Source: Anaerolineae bacterium
GTDB lineage: Bacteria > Chloroflexota > Anaerolineae > Anaerolineales > UBA4823
DNA: 64,000 nucleotides
Direction of reading: 5' to 3'
NCBI GenBank assembly: GCA_003130835.1
Contig: QEXX01000089.1
Coordinates: forward strand, 36,449-100,448
This document shows positions 48,716 to 57,641 of the stretch, piece by piece; positions within the stretch are counted from its first letter, which is position 1; each line of letters opens with the position of its first letter. The notes beneath the pieces are model-generated. The model had not been told where the DNA came from, made no database searches, and saw only the letters and a program-made list of their open reading frames with translations. The position numbers were made by a program, and so were the translations under genes.

Positions 48716-49506
48716 ACCGCTACCTCAGCCGGAATATGAGGGTGGGCTTGATAATTGATTAATTCAAAATCCTCATATTGGAATGAAAAAATGTCTTTAA
48801 CTGCGGGATTGATTTTCATTTTTGGCAATGGGTAGGGTTCGCGGCTCAACTGCAACTTTGCCTGTTCAATATGGTTCAAATAGAGATGAACATCCCCAAA
48901 CGTATGAATGAACTCACCAGCACGCAGCCCGGTTACCTGCGCTATCATCATGGTTAGCAGCGAATAGGAAGCGATATTGAAAGGAACTCCCAAAAAAACA
49001 TCTGCCGACCGCTGATAGAGCTGGCAGGAAAGGCGGCCGTTGGCTACATAAAATTGAAAGAGGCAATGACATGGCGGCAGAGCCATCTTATCCAACTCGG
49101 CAACATTCCATGCACTCACAATCAAGCGTCGCGAATGTGGATTGTGCTGAATCTCGTGCACCACCTGCGCAATTTGGTCAATCGTCTTTCCATCCTCCCC
49201 TCGCCAGGCTCGCCATTGCGCCCCATAAACTGGGCCTAAATCGCCGTTCTCATCTGCCCACTCATTCCATATTCGCACGCCATGTTCCTGAAGGTAACGC
49301 ACATTGGTATCTCCCCGCAAGAACCAAAGCAATTCGTAGATCACTGATTTCAGATGGATTTTTTTGGTGGTTAGGATTGGAAATCCCTCGTCCAGGTTGA
49401 AGCGCATTTGGTAACCGAAGACCGACAAGGTGCCAACTCCGGTGCGATCTTCTTTTCTAACACCGTTCTTCAAAATATGCGCCAGTAAATCTAAATAAGC
49501 TCTCAC
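48712..49506 (-). CDS. thyA: Thymidylate synthase (ThyA)
   Basis: GTG 49506 gives [15 protein letters not shown], the canonical ThyA N-terminus, and avoids overlap with ribF. The track's ATG 49542 is the alternative. The active site is [12 protein letters not shown]. Confidence 0.92.
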   Translation of the reverse strand: MRAYLDLLAHILKNGVRKEDRTGVGTLSVFGYQMRFNLDEGFPILTTKKIHLKSVIYELLWFLRGDTNVRYLQEHGVRIWNEWADENGDLGPVYGAQWRAWRGEDGKTIDQIAQVVHEIQHNPHSRRLIVSAWNVAELDKMALPPCHCLFQFYVANGRLSCQLYQRSADVFLGVPFNIASYSLLTMMIAQVTGLRAGEFIHTFGDVHLYLNHIEQAKLQLSREPYPLPKMKINPAVKDIFSFQYEDFELINYQAHPHIPAEVAV

Positions 49507-49507
49507 C

Positions 49508-50458
49508 TCAACCTTCGCTCTTGCGATCCGAAACGATTGCATTGAGTATCTGGCGGGCTTGGAGAATATCCTGCTGTATTTGCTCCACTAAAGCATCTTT
49601 AGACGCGAATCGTCTTTCCTCACGCAACCGGCCCAGAAACTCTAAGGATAATTTCTCTTGATACAAATCCGCTTCAAAATCCAAAAGATGAGCTTCTACC
49701 CGAGGAGCGACCGGCTCATTTTCAAAAGTCGGTCGTACCCCAACATTAACTACTGCGCCATAGCGCTGATGATTCACAATGGCATGGCAGACGTAAACGC
49801 CATGCAGCGGCACAGCCCGTTCTGCCAAGATATCCAAATTGGCAGTTGGAATGCCCAGTGTTCTGCCTCGTCCATCTCCCTGTATCACTGTGCCGCTCAA
49901 GGAAAAAGGGCGGCCAAGCAATTGATTGACCTTTTGGATATTTCCCTCACCCAAAAGAAGACGGAGCAAACTCGAAGAGACAACCTCGCCATTGATCCGT
50001 ACCGGAGGGATGACATGCAATTCATAATCAAATGGTTGGCTAAGGGCTGCTAGGCGATCGACTGTCCCTTCTCGTCCTTTGCCCAAAGCGAAATCATAAC
50101 CCACCACCAAGGTACGAAAAGCAATTTTTTCCTTTAGCCGCTGCAAGAACTCGCTCGCTGAGAGATCGGCAATTTCTAGATTGAAAGGGTGAGTAATAAC
50201 AATCTCTACGCCCAAATTTCCGAGTATTTCGGCTTTTTCCTCAGGAGTCGTTAGATAAAAGCGGCCTTCCTTCTTCCCAAGTACCCGGTCGGGGTGAGGG
50301 AAAAAGGTGACCACAACGGCCGGAAGTTTTTTTTGCTGTGCTAGGCTCACTAACTGACGGATGATCTCTTGATGTCCAAGATGAACGCCATCAAAGGTGC
50401 CAATAGAAACACAAGAACCGCTCAGTGAGAGATCATCCAGCGAATAAAGATGACGCAT
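49508..50458 (-). CDS. ribF: Bifunctional riboflavin kinase / FAD synthetase
   Basis: I chose ATG 50458 ([10 protein letters not shown]...[14 protein letters not shown]), which avoids overlap with truB. The C-terminal riboflavin kinase domain has [11 protein letters not shown]. Confidence 0.9.
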   Translation of the reverse strand: MRHLYSLDDLSLSGSCVSIGTFDGVHLGHQEIIRQLVSLAQQKKLPAVVVTFFPHPDRVLGKKEGRFYLTTPEEKAEILGNLGVEIVITHPFNLEIADLSASEFLQRLKEKIAFRTLVVGYDFALGKGREGTVDRLAALSQPFDYELHVIPPVRINGEVVSSSLLRLLLGEGNIQKVNQLLGRPFSLSGTVIQGDGRGRTLGIPTANLDILAERAVPLHGVYVCHAIVNHQRYGAVVNVGVRPTFENEPVAPRVEAHLLDFEADLYQEKLSLEFLGRLREERRFASKDALVEQIQQDILQARQILNAIVSDRKSEG

Positions 50459-50471
50459 AAAAAATCTAACG

Positions 50472-51380
50472 TTACTGGAAGAACACCTTACGGGGTTGCC
50501 ATTCTCCGGTTTCAGCGTCGTACTCAAGCAGGGCTACCAGGTCACCTTGTTGACTCACACCACGTGCCCACCCTTTTTCATTTGGCTCACCAGGAATCCG
50601 GTGTCCGTGACGAACTAGTTCCACCTGATCTGCATCGAGTTCAACCATTGGCCATTCTGCCAGCGCTTCGGCAGCCGGTATTAAGTAGCGGTACCATGTG
50701 CCAGTTTCAAACGCCTCTTGCAGCTTACGTAACGGAATCGCATCCCTCAACGTAAATTTACCGCTTTTGGTGCGCCGCAGCCCGATCAGATGAGCACCAC
50801 AGCCTAATTCTTTACCAAGGTCATTGGCTAACGAGCGGACATAAGTTCCCGAAGAACAATACACATCAATGACCACTTCCGGCGGCGCCCATTCTAGCAC
50901 TTCGAGATGGTAAACTTGGATGATGCGTGGGGTTAGCTCGACCTCCTCACCCTCACGCGCGAAATCATAGGCTTTTTTCCCTTTGACCTTTACAGCCGAG
51001 TACGGCGGTGGGACTTGCTCGATTTGACCTACAAATTTTTGCAGCACGCGGTTGAATTCTTCTTCGGTGATATTTTCCCAAGCATTGGTTTCTGTAACCG
51101 AACCTTCGGAATCATAGGTATCGGTTGAGCTGCCTAACCGAATGGTCGCCTGATAGCGTTTATCAGAGGCAGCCACGTATTCACTCAAGCGCACCGCTGG
51201 ACCAATGAGAACAACCAAGACGCCCGATGCACGTGGATCCAGAGTACCGGTATGGCCCGCCCGGCGGATTCCGGTCCCGCGGCGAATAATTTGCACCACA
51301 TCGTGCGACGTCAAACCGATTGGTTTATCTACGACGAGTACTCCTGAGACGATATTCTTGATGTTTTGATCTGAATTCAT
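50472..51380 (-). CDS. truB: tRNA pseudouridine(55) synthase
   Basis: 302 aa with GVLVVDKPIGLTSHDVV, the catalytic GHTGTLDPRASGVL and a PUA-like C-terminus. Confidence 0.93.
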   Translation of the reverse strand: MNSDQNIKNIVSGVLVVDKPIGLTSHDVVQIIRRGTGIRRAGHTGTLDPRASGVLVVLIGPAVRLSEYVAASDKRYQATIRLGSSTDTYDSEGSVTETNAWENITEEEFNRVLQKFVGQIEQVPPPYSAVKVKGKKAYDFAREGEEVELTPRIIQVYHLEVLEWAPPEVVIDVYCSSGTYVRSLANDLGKELGCGAHLIGLRRTKSGKFTLRDAIPLRKLQEAFETGTWYRYLIPAAEALAEWPMVELDADQVELVRHGHRIPGEPNEKGWARGVSQQGDLVALLEYDAETGEWQPRKVFFQ

Positions 51381-51397
51381 AGTTTCACCCTGTGTTC

Positions 51398-52375
51398 CTA
51401 AGAATTTTCTGAATTCCTTTGAGTTTTTAGTAAATGAAGATAGGTTTTTTCTATAATAGTTTCAGATAAATTTTGAAGCTCACCTGCAAGCTCTGCCCCT
51501 GCAGCAGCAGGATGACCCCCGCCTCCGAATTGGGAAGCTACTTGGGAGACATCAATCCCTGGCACAGCTCGCCAACTTACCTTTACTTTGCCGTTTGGTT
51601 GCTCAACAAAGACAACACTAATTTTAGCATCATCGATGGCGGTTAATAGATTAATCATATCCGCATCATCTTTACCCGCATAACCAGCTTGTTGACGATC
51701 CTGATTGGTCAAGATCGTCCAGACAACCCCATCTATCCTTTGTATTTTAGATAAGCCACTGCCCCACATCTTAACCGCTTCGAAAGATTTTTGATAAATT
51801 GTCCGCGCATAAAGTTCGGGCAGATTAGCACCTGCATCCATTAAGTTCGCAGCCAATCTCAAAACGTCCGAACGCATATTATAGGTGCGAAAGCCAATCG
51901 TGTCGGTCAAGATTCCCATAAGAAGAGCGTTGGCTACAGCCTCGCTTATTTGCAAACCCCAACTTTCCAGATTGGTTGCGATGATTTCAGCCGTGGCGAC
52001 TGCCTGAGGTTCAATCAGATTGATTTTTGCATATCCATCATTGGTGATATGATGGTCGATGTTAATCGTCCACTCAATGGCATCTTGACCGAATCTTCCT
52101 AACCTAGAGCGGTCGGAACAATCCAAGGCAATGGCTAACTCGAAGTCCCCCTGAATTGCCCGTTGAATTTTCTCCGATCCACTTAAGTGCCGGAATTGAA
52201 GCGGCAAGTGGTCATCCAGAACCATCTGCACAGACTTACCAGCTTCCATTAATGCTAGTCCTAGACCCAACAATGAACCGATCGCATCGCCATCTGGGCG
52301 AATGTGGGTTACCAACAACAACCGTTCAGCATTTCGGAGCGCCTCACCAATTAAGTCATTTGGATGACTGATCAT
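51398..52375 (-). CDS. DHH/DHHA1 phosphoesterase (NrnA-like nanoRNase / pAp phosphatase)
   Basis: 325 aa with DGDAIGS, NIDHHITN and GGGGHPAAAG motifs. It overlaps the rbfA end by 20 nt. Confidence 0.85.
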   Translation of the reverse strand: MISHPNDLIGEALRNAERLLLVTHIRPDGDAIGSLLGLGLALMEAGKSVQMVLDDHLPLQFRHLSGSEKIQRAIQGDFELAIALDCSDRSRLGRFGQDAIEWTINIDHHITNDGYAKINLIEPQAVATAEIIATNLESWGLQISEAVANALLMGILTDTIGFRTYNMRSDVLRLAANLMDAGANLPELYARTIYQKSFEAVKMWGSGLSKIQRIDGVVWTILTNQDRQQAGYAGKDDADMINLLTAIDDAKISVVFVEQPNGKVKVSWRAVPGIDVSQVASQFGGGGHPAAAGAELAGELQNLSETIIEKTYLHLLKTQRNSENS

Positions 52376-52760
52376 TGACTTTCCCGCTATTGATCTCCTT
52401 ATCCTTTAAGCTAGACTCCTCCCGCAATGAAGCAAGGAGTTTTTCAATCCGCTCCGCTCTTTCTGGAGTCGGATCCCAGTGAAAACGCAGTTTTGGAAAA
52501 ATTCGCAACTCAACCGAACGAGCAAGCTCCCGCCTTAGAAATCCTTGCGCATGTTCCAGTCCTTCAAGGATTTCTTTCGAGCGTTCCTGACCTTCAATAG
52601 CAGAGACATAGATATCTGCATAAGCCAATTCACGGTCTATGCGCACATCGGTCACATAGACACCCGTTAACCGAGGATCCGAAACGCTATGTAGCAGCAA
52701 TTCTGCCAGTTCCTCTTTGACTCGTTCGTTAATTCTTTCCAAGCGTATCTTCGAGACCAC
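52356..52760 (-). CDS. rbfA: Ribosome-binding factor A
   Basis: 134 aa with a GTG start, RINERVKEELAELL...DPRL..VYVTDVRIDRELAYADIYV, and a C-terminal extension. Confidence 0.9.
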   Translation of the reverse strand: MVSKIRLERINERVKEELAELLLHSVSDPRLTGVYVTDVRIDRELAYADIYVSAIEGQERSKEILEGLEHAQGFLRRELARSVELRIFPKLRFHWDPTPERAERIEKLLASLREESSLKDKEINSGKVNDQSSK

Positions 52761-52771
52761 GATACCCTCAC

Positions 52772-54580
52772 CTAGAACACATCCTTACTTGCCTGACCTT
52801 TTTCCAGAACATAACATTCAAGCACATCACCGACCTGAAAAGCATCAAAACCCTTGATGGCAATGCCGCATTCAAATCCTTGCTTTATTTCTCGCACATC
52901 TTCAGTTAAATGTTTCAACGAAGAAACCGCCCCCTCTCCGACCGTCTCTCCTTTTCTAATTACCCGAATCCGTGCATTGCGGCGGATCTCGCCATCGAGT
53001 ACATAGCACCCGGCGACATTACCGACCTTGGAGATGCGAAAGATGGCTCGCACTTCTGCATGGCCGAGGATGATCTCCTTCTCTTCCGGTTCTAACATGC
53101 CCTTTAGGGCCTTTTCGACGTCTTCCGTCAAGCGATATATAATATCATAAAGTCGGATGGATACACCCTCCGACTCAGCCATATTTCGAGCTGCAACATC
53201 CGCTTGAACATTGAATCCAATAATGACAGCACCCGACGCCGCGGCTAACATAACATCATTCTCACTGATATTCCCGGTTTCAGCATGAAGAATATTTATA
53301 GCAATTTCCCCCCCGCTAAGCTCCTTTAGTGAGTTAATGATTGGCTCTAACGAACCTTGAACATCAGCCTTGATAATCAAGCGCAATTCGCGCACTTCTC
53401 CGGATTTATAGCGGTCAAAGAGCTGTTCTAACGTCATCGCTTTTTTGGCAGCGCTTTCTGATTGCTTGGCAGTTTGCATTCGTTCCATCACAATTGAACG
53501 CGCCTCACGCTCCGACTCGACCACTTCAAACATTTCTCCTGCGCGCGGCACATCATTTAATCCCATCACGGAGACAGGGGTCGATGGGGGAGCCTTGCGC
53601 ACTTTTCTGCCCATGAAATCAAACATTGCCTTGATTCGCCCATAAGCTGTTCCAGCCAAGACAACATCCCCCACCTCGAGGGTACCGTTCTGAACCAACA
53701 AGGTAGCTAATACACCTTTGGCTCGATCAACCTTCGCCTCAATCACCGTACCAATCACCTTACCCTTGGGATTGGCGTGGATTTCTAAGTTATCCGCAAT
53801 CAACAAGATGGCCTCTAATAAGTCTTCTAGCCCCTTTTTCTGCTTGGCTGAGATGGGCACCACAATGGTATCGCCATCCCAGTCATCGGGGACCAGACCG
53901 ATTTCTGCCAATTGCTGTTTTACGCGAGCAATATCCGCGTTGGGTTTATCAATCTTATTGATGGCTACTAAAATGGGTACATGAGCTGCTTTTGCGTGGG
54001 CTGCAGCCTCTTTGGTTTGAGGCATGACCCCATCATCGGCGGCAACCACTAAGACGACCAAATCTGCCCCTTGCGCGCCTCTCGCCCTCATGGCAGTAAA
54101 CGCAGCATGTCCTGGCGTATCCAAAAAGGTAATTAACCGCCCGTTATGCTCAACCTGGTAAGCGCCAATGTGCTGGGTAATTCCCCCAGCTTCTCCTTCT
54201 GCTACATTGGTATGACGAATCGCGTCCAACAAGGTTGTCTTTCCATGATCGACATGTCCCAGAATGGTAACAACCGGAGGACGGCGGACAAGCTGATTGG
54301 GATCTTCCGCCATGATGATCCGTCGCCAAAGGGGAATCTCCCCCATATCTTCTTTTTGCTCGGTTTTGTCCGCTTCTAAAGTAGCCTCATAGCCCATCTC
54401 AGCAGCTACAATGGCAGCCGTATCGAAATCGATCTGCTGGTTGATATTTGCCATGACACCATTTGCCATTAACTTCTTAATAATGTCAATTGGGCTTGTA
54501 TCGATAACCTTTGCCAGGTCTCGGATGGTAATGGTGGCTGGCAATTCAATCTGTTTTACGCTCTGCCCATTATTACTCAT
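52772..54580 (-). CDS. infB: Translation initiation factor IF-2 (short form)
   Basis: I chose ATG 54580 with SD GGAGG ([23 protein letters not shown]...). G-domain motifs are [17 protein letters not shown] and NKID. The product is about 602 aa and lacks a long N-terminal region. Confidence 0.95.
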   Translation of the reverse strand: MSNNGQSVKQIELPATITIRDLAKVIDTSPIDIIKKLMANGVMANINQQIDFDTAAIVAAEMGYEATLEADKTEQKEDMGEIPLWRRIIMAEDPNQLVRRPPVVTILGHVDHGKTTLLDAIRHTNVAEGEAGGITQHIGAYQVEHNGRLITFLDTPGHAAFTAMRARGAQGADLVVLVVAADDGVMPQTKEAAAHAKAAHVPILVAINKIDKPNADIARVKQQLAEIGLVPDDWDGDTIVVPISAKQKKGLEDLLEAILLIADNLEIHANPKGKVIGTVIEAKVDRAKGVLATLLVQNGTLEVGDVVLAGTAYGRIKAMFDFMGRKVRKAPPSTPVSVMGLNDVPRAGEMFEVVESEREARSIVMERMQTAKQSESAAKKAMTLEQLFDRYKSGEVRELRLIIKADVQGSLEPIINSLKELSGGEIAINILHAETGNISENDVMLAAASGAVIIGFNVQADVAARNMAESEGVSIRLYDIIYRLTEDVEKALKGMLEPEEKEIILGHAEVRAIFRISKVGNVAGCYVLDGEIRRNARIRVIRKGETVGEGAVSSLKHLTEDVREIKQGFECGIAIKGFDAFQVGDVLECYVLEKGQASKDVF

Positions 54581-54672
54581 AACACACCTCCTTCGAGAGG
54601 ACACTGGATGGCGGCGAGAAGGCAGGCGCAAATTTACAGAAAACAATTTCGATCTAATCGATTATCTTTTCT

Positions 54673-54954
54673 TTATTCAGGCAAAGTTCTCGCAAACGCC
54701 AATAATTGTTCTTGCTCTTCCGCCGACAACTGGACTTTCAACGATTTCGCCAGACTACCCTTGAGAGCGTTCTCCCAACAGGATCTCTGATCATGAAGAT
54801 ACGCCCCGCGGCCGGGCTTTTTACCAGTCAAGTCCACTTCGACGCCATTCGGTCCTCTCACAATTCGAATCAAAGATCGTTTTGGTTGTACCTCCCGACA
54901 ACCTACACAGGTTCGATACGGGATATGTTTCGGTTTGGAAGGCTTCTTAACCAT
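54673..54954 (-). CDS. ylxR: YlxR/DUF448 family RNA-binding protein
   Basis: 93 aa with IPYRTCVGCREVQPKRSLIRIV...GRGAYLH. It sits between nusA and infB, as in Firmicutes. Confidence 0.85.
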   Translation of the reverse strand: MVKKPSKPKHIPYRTCVGCREVQPKRSLIRIVRGPNGVEVDLTGKKPGRGAYLHDQRSCWENALKGSLAKSLKVQLSAEEQEQLLAFARTLPE

Positions 54955-54968
54955 CGTGACGATTTATT

Positions 54969-56975
54969 TTAGAGATCCCATTCGTCATCCCAGTCTGAAC
55001 CACCACGCTTGCGTTTTTTCCTTGCAACGGTCGTAGACTGGTCAGGATCGTACTCATATTCGATATACTTCTTTTTCTTCTTTTTCTTTTTCTTCTCCGA
55101 CTCCGATTCTTCCTCCTCGTCTTCTGCAACCAAGGAGTAATCAATCTCGATTTGCTCCGGAGCCCACTTGAAGATTTCATCTAAGCTTGGCTCTTCGATT
55201 GGCTCCTCAGGCTGTTCAACTGCTTCTTCCGCAAACTCGACTGCTTGAGCTTCGACGGAGCTCGTTTCAGCCTCCGTTACTTCTTCAACAACCTCGGCTT
55301 CTTCAAGCGGTTCAGTCTCAACCGTTTCGAAGCTCTCCTCGCTGATAGCCGTCTCAGTTTGGGGCACGTCCTGTGCGGTTTCCAAAACGGCTTCAACACC
55401 TTCAGCCTGTTCTTGCTCCACCACCGTTTCTTCTAAAGTCGCTTCTTCAGCGACCTGTTCCAGGGTGCTCTCAGCCTGCGGCAACGAGAAATTGGCTAAA
55501 GCCTCTTCGATTGCCGCCATGGCTTTTGCACCAATTCCTTCCAAAGCTAGAATCCTATTTGGATCAAGCTTCAGTTGGAGCATCAAATCGCCAACCGAGA
55601 GATAACCTACCCCGTTAAGCAGGGTTGTGTAACGCAGAGGTAAACCGATATCCTCCAAAGGTATCTCGAAAGCCTCGTCTGGAATATTGGCTGCGGCTTT
55701 AATCTGCTTTTCTTCTTCAGCCCTCAAGACCCCTTCGCGTTGCCTCAAAATGCCTCGCTCAACTCGATCAACAAACTGACTCATTAGTTGGTATTCTTCC
55801 GGAGTAACTGGCCTACCCTCTGCCTTTTTATTCAAGATTTGCTCAATTTGCGGAATCACATCTTTTTCTAGCTCCGCAAAGGTTGCATATTCAGGCTCTT
55901 TTTGGATTTTATTCAATGCATCAATCGCAGCTTCTGGCAAGCTCTTAATGTCAATCCGCCACGAAGTCAAACGCGCTGCCAATCGAGCATTCTGGCCGTC
56001 CCGACCAATTGCAAGACTAAGCTGATCTTCCGGGACTACGACCGTGGCTGTCTTGGTGCCTTTGCCACGGTTGCTTAGGTACACTCCCGTGACCCTAGCC
56101 GGGCTTAATGCCTTTGCAATATAGATAGCCGGATCCGGATTCCATTCGATTACATCAATTTTTTCGTCATTTAACTCCCGCACAATGGCTTGAATGCGGA
56201 CGCCTCGCATTCCTACACAAGCCCCAACCGGGTCAACTCCCGCTTGCAAGGCTGCAACAGCAACCTTTGACCTTTGACCGGGCTCGCGCGCTATGGAACG
56301 AATCTCCACCATTCCATGGTAGATTTCGGGGACTTCGTTTTCTAAGAGTCTTCTCAGAAAGTTGCGGTGAGCACGAGAGAGAATGATTTGAGGCCCTTTA
56401 CCCGTGTCTTTGACTTCTAGCAATAATGCCCGAATGCGCTCGTGGACACGATAACGCTCTCCCGGAATCATCTCTTTGCGCGGCATGATCCCTTCAGCTT
56501 TCATTTCCAAACCCAAAGTCAAACCGGTTTGGTTGATAGCCTGGATCATTCCACTGACGATTTCCCCTACCTGTCGCTTGAAGTATTGTAGCTGTGCTTC
56601 TCGCTCAGCCTCGCGAATCCTTTGTTGAATGACCTGACGAGCTGTTTGAGCTGCCACTCGCCCAAAATCCTTGGGCGTGCTATCAACAATGATCATCCCG
56701 CCGATTTTTGCATTCGGGTCAATCTTGCGTGCTTCTTCCAAAGAGACTTCCGTGCGAGGGTCTTGTACGGTTTCTACGATTTCCTTTTCCGCGTAAATCG
56801 TAACTCGCCCGGTTTGCAAATCGATCTTGGCTTCAATACGCTGAGCATTAGAGGCATTTTCGGCCTTGCGGTATGCCGAAACCATCGCATATTCTAATGC
56901 ACCCATGATGATATCTTTGGGCAACTGTTTTTCTTCTAACAGCTCATTGAAAGCCAAAACAAACTCATTCTTCAT
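54969..56975 (-). CDS. nusA: Transcription termination/antitermination factor NusA with long acidic C-terminal extension
   Basis: 668 aa. It contains NTD, S1, KH1, KH2 (…VGACVGMRGVRIQAIVRELNDEKIDVI…) and one HhH-type module. These are followed by about 190 aa of Glu-rich sequence, a K9 run and a WDDEWDL end. Confidence 0.93.
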   Translation of the reverse strand: MKNEFVLAFNELLEEKQLPKDIIMGALEYAMVSAYRKAENASNAQRIEAKIDLQTGRVTIYAEKEIVETVQDPRTEVSLEEARKIDPNAKIGGMIIVDSTPKDFGRVAAQTARQVIQQRIREAEREAQLQYFKRQVGEIVSGMIQAINQTGLTLGLEMKAEGIMPRKEMIPGERYRVHERIRALLLEVKDTGKGPQIILSRAHRNFLRRLLENEVPEIYHGMVEIRSIAREPGQRSKVAVAALQAGVDPVGACVGMRGVRIQAIVRELNDEKIDVIEWNPDPAIYIAKALSPARVTGVYLSNRGKGTKTATVVVPEDQLSLAIGRDGQNARLAARLTSWRIDIKSLPEAAIDALNKIQKEPEYATFAELEKDVIPQIEQILNKKAEGRPVTPEEYQLMSQFVDRVERGILRQREGVLRAEEEKQIKAAANIPDEAFEIPLEDIGLPLRYTTLLNGVGYLSVGDLMLQLKLDPNRILALEGIGAKAMAAIEEALANFSLPQAESTLEQVAEEATLEETVVEQEQAEGVEAVLETAQDVPQTETAISEESFETVETEPLEEAEVVEEVTEAETSSVEAQAVEFAEEAVEQPEEPIEEPSLDEIFKWAPEQIEIDYSLVAEDEEEESESEKKKKKKKKKYIEYEYDPDQSTTVARKKRKRGGSDWDDEWDL

Positions 56976-57031
56976 CTCTCTCTGGTCTCCATATTGATCA
57001 ACAAAAAAACCAATCTCCTCAGTTACAAGAA

Positions 57032-57054
57032 GAAAAGTGGGGGATGCCCACTTT
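57032..57054 (-). terminator. Rho-independent terminator between the GNAT gene and nusA
   Basis: Stem aaaagtggg/cccactttt with loop ggatg. On the minus strand it is followed by TCTTCTT. Confidence 0.5.
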
Positions 57055-57109
57055 TCAGCAACAACGTATCATAACCCGCTAACGAGTGCGATTATTTTAT
57101 CATGATGTC

Positions 57110-57637
57110 CTATGTTTCGCAAGGGGATTTTTCCTTAACTAAACATTTTTCCATACAGTAGGATGGATCTATGACCACCCTTTGGATTCCTTGATGATCC
57201 ACATACCTCCACTCTCCTTGCTCCTCCGCAATAATAGCATACCCGCGATGCTCGTAAAATTGACGCGCAAGTTCATTAAGCTTCGAGACTTTCAGTGTTG
57301 TCCAATGAAATCCTCGATCGATCAAATCTTTTTCGACAGAACTTAATAACCTTGTCCCCCATCCTTGTCCTTGGAATTTTGGTTTAATCCGAAACGAAAA
57401 CAAATAAGCCCTTGATGAACCATCGGCGAAACGCTTGTTCTGGCTGTCAAGTTGAACAAACAATTGACCAATGATTCCTTCAGAAGGGAGATCAATTACC
57501 CAAGGCAAGGTACGGCCAATACGGGATTGTTCATAAACCTCTCGATAGACTTGACGAAAGTGACTGTATGCACCATCCCATTCTAGGGCAGGTAGATCGG
57601 AGCTTTTGATTAACCGGATCATCCCATTTTGGCTCAT
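57110..57637 (-). CDS. GNAT family N-acetyltransferase
   Basis: 175 aa. The acetyl-CoA binding motif is FRIKPKFQGQGWGTRLL. It lies 4 nt downstream of the preceding gene. Confidence 0.85.
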   Translation of the reverse strand: MSQNGMIRLIKSSDLPALEWDGAYSHFRQVYREVYEQSRIGRTLPWVIDLPSEGIIGQLFVQLDSQNKRFADGSSRAYLFSFRIKPKFQGQGWGTRLLSSVEKDLIDRGFHWTTLKVSKLNELARQFYEHRGYAIIAEEQGEWRYVDHQGIQRVVIDPSYCMEKCLVKEKSPCET

Positions 57638-57641
57638 AACT

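Noticed and set aside
54947-55180. 77-aa Lys/Arg-rich minus-strand ORF
   Set aside because: It is an alternative frame of the Glu/Lys-rich nusA tail. The purine-rich repeat keeps several frames open.
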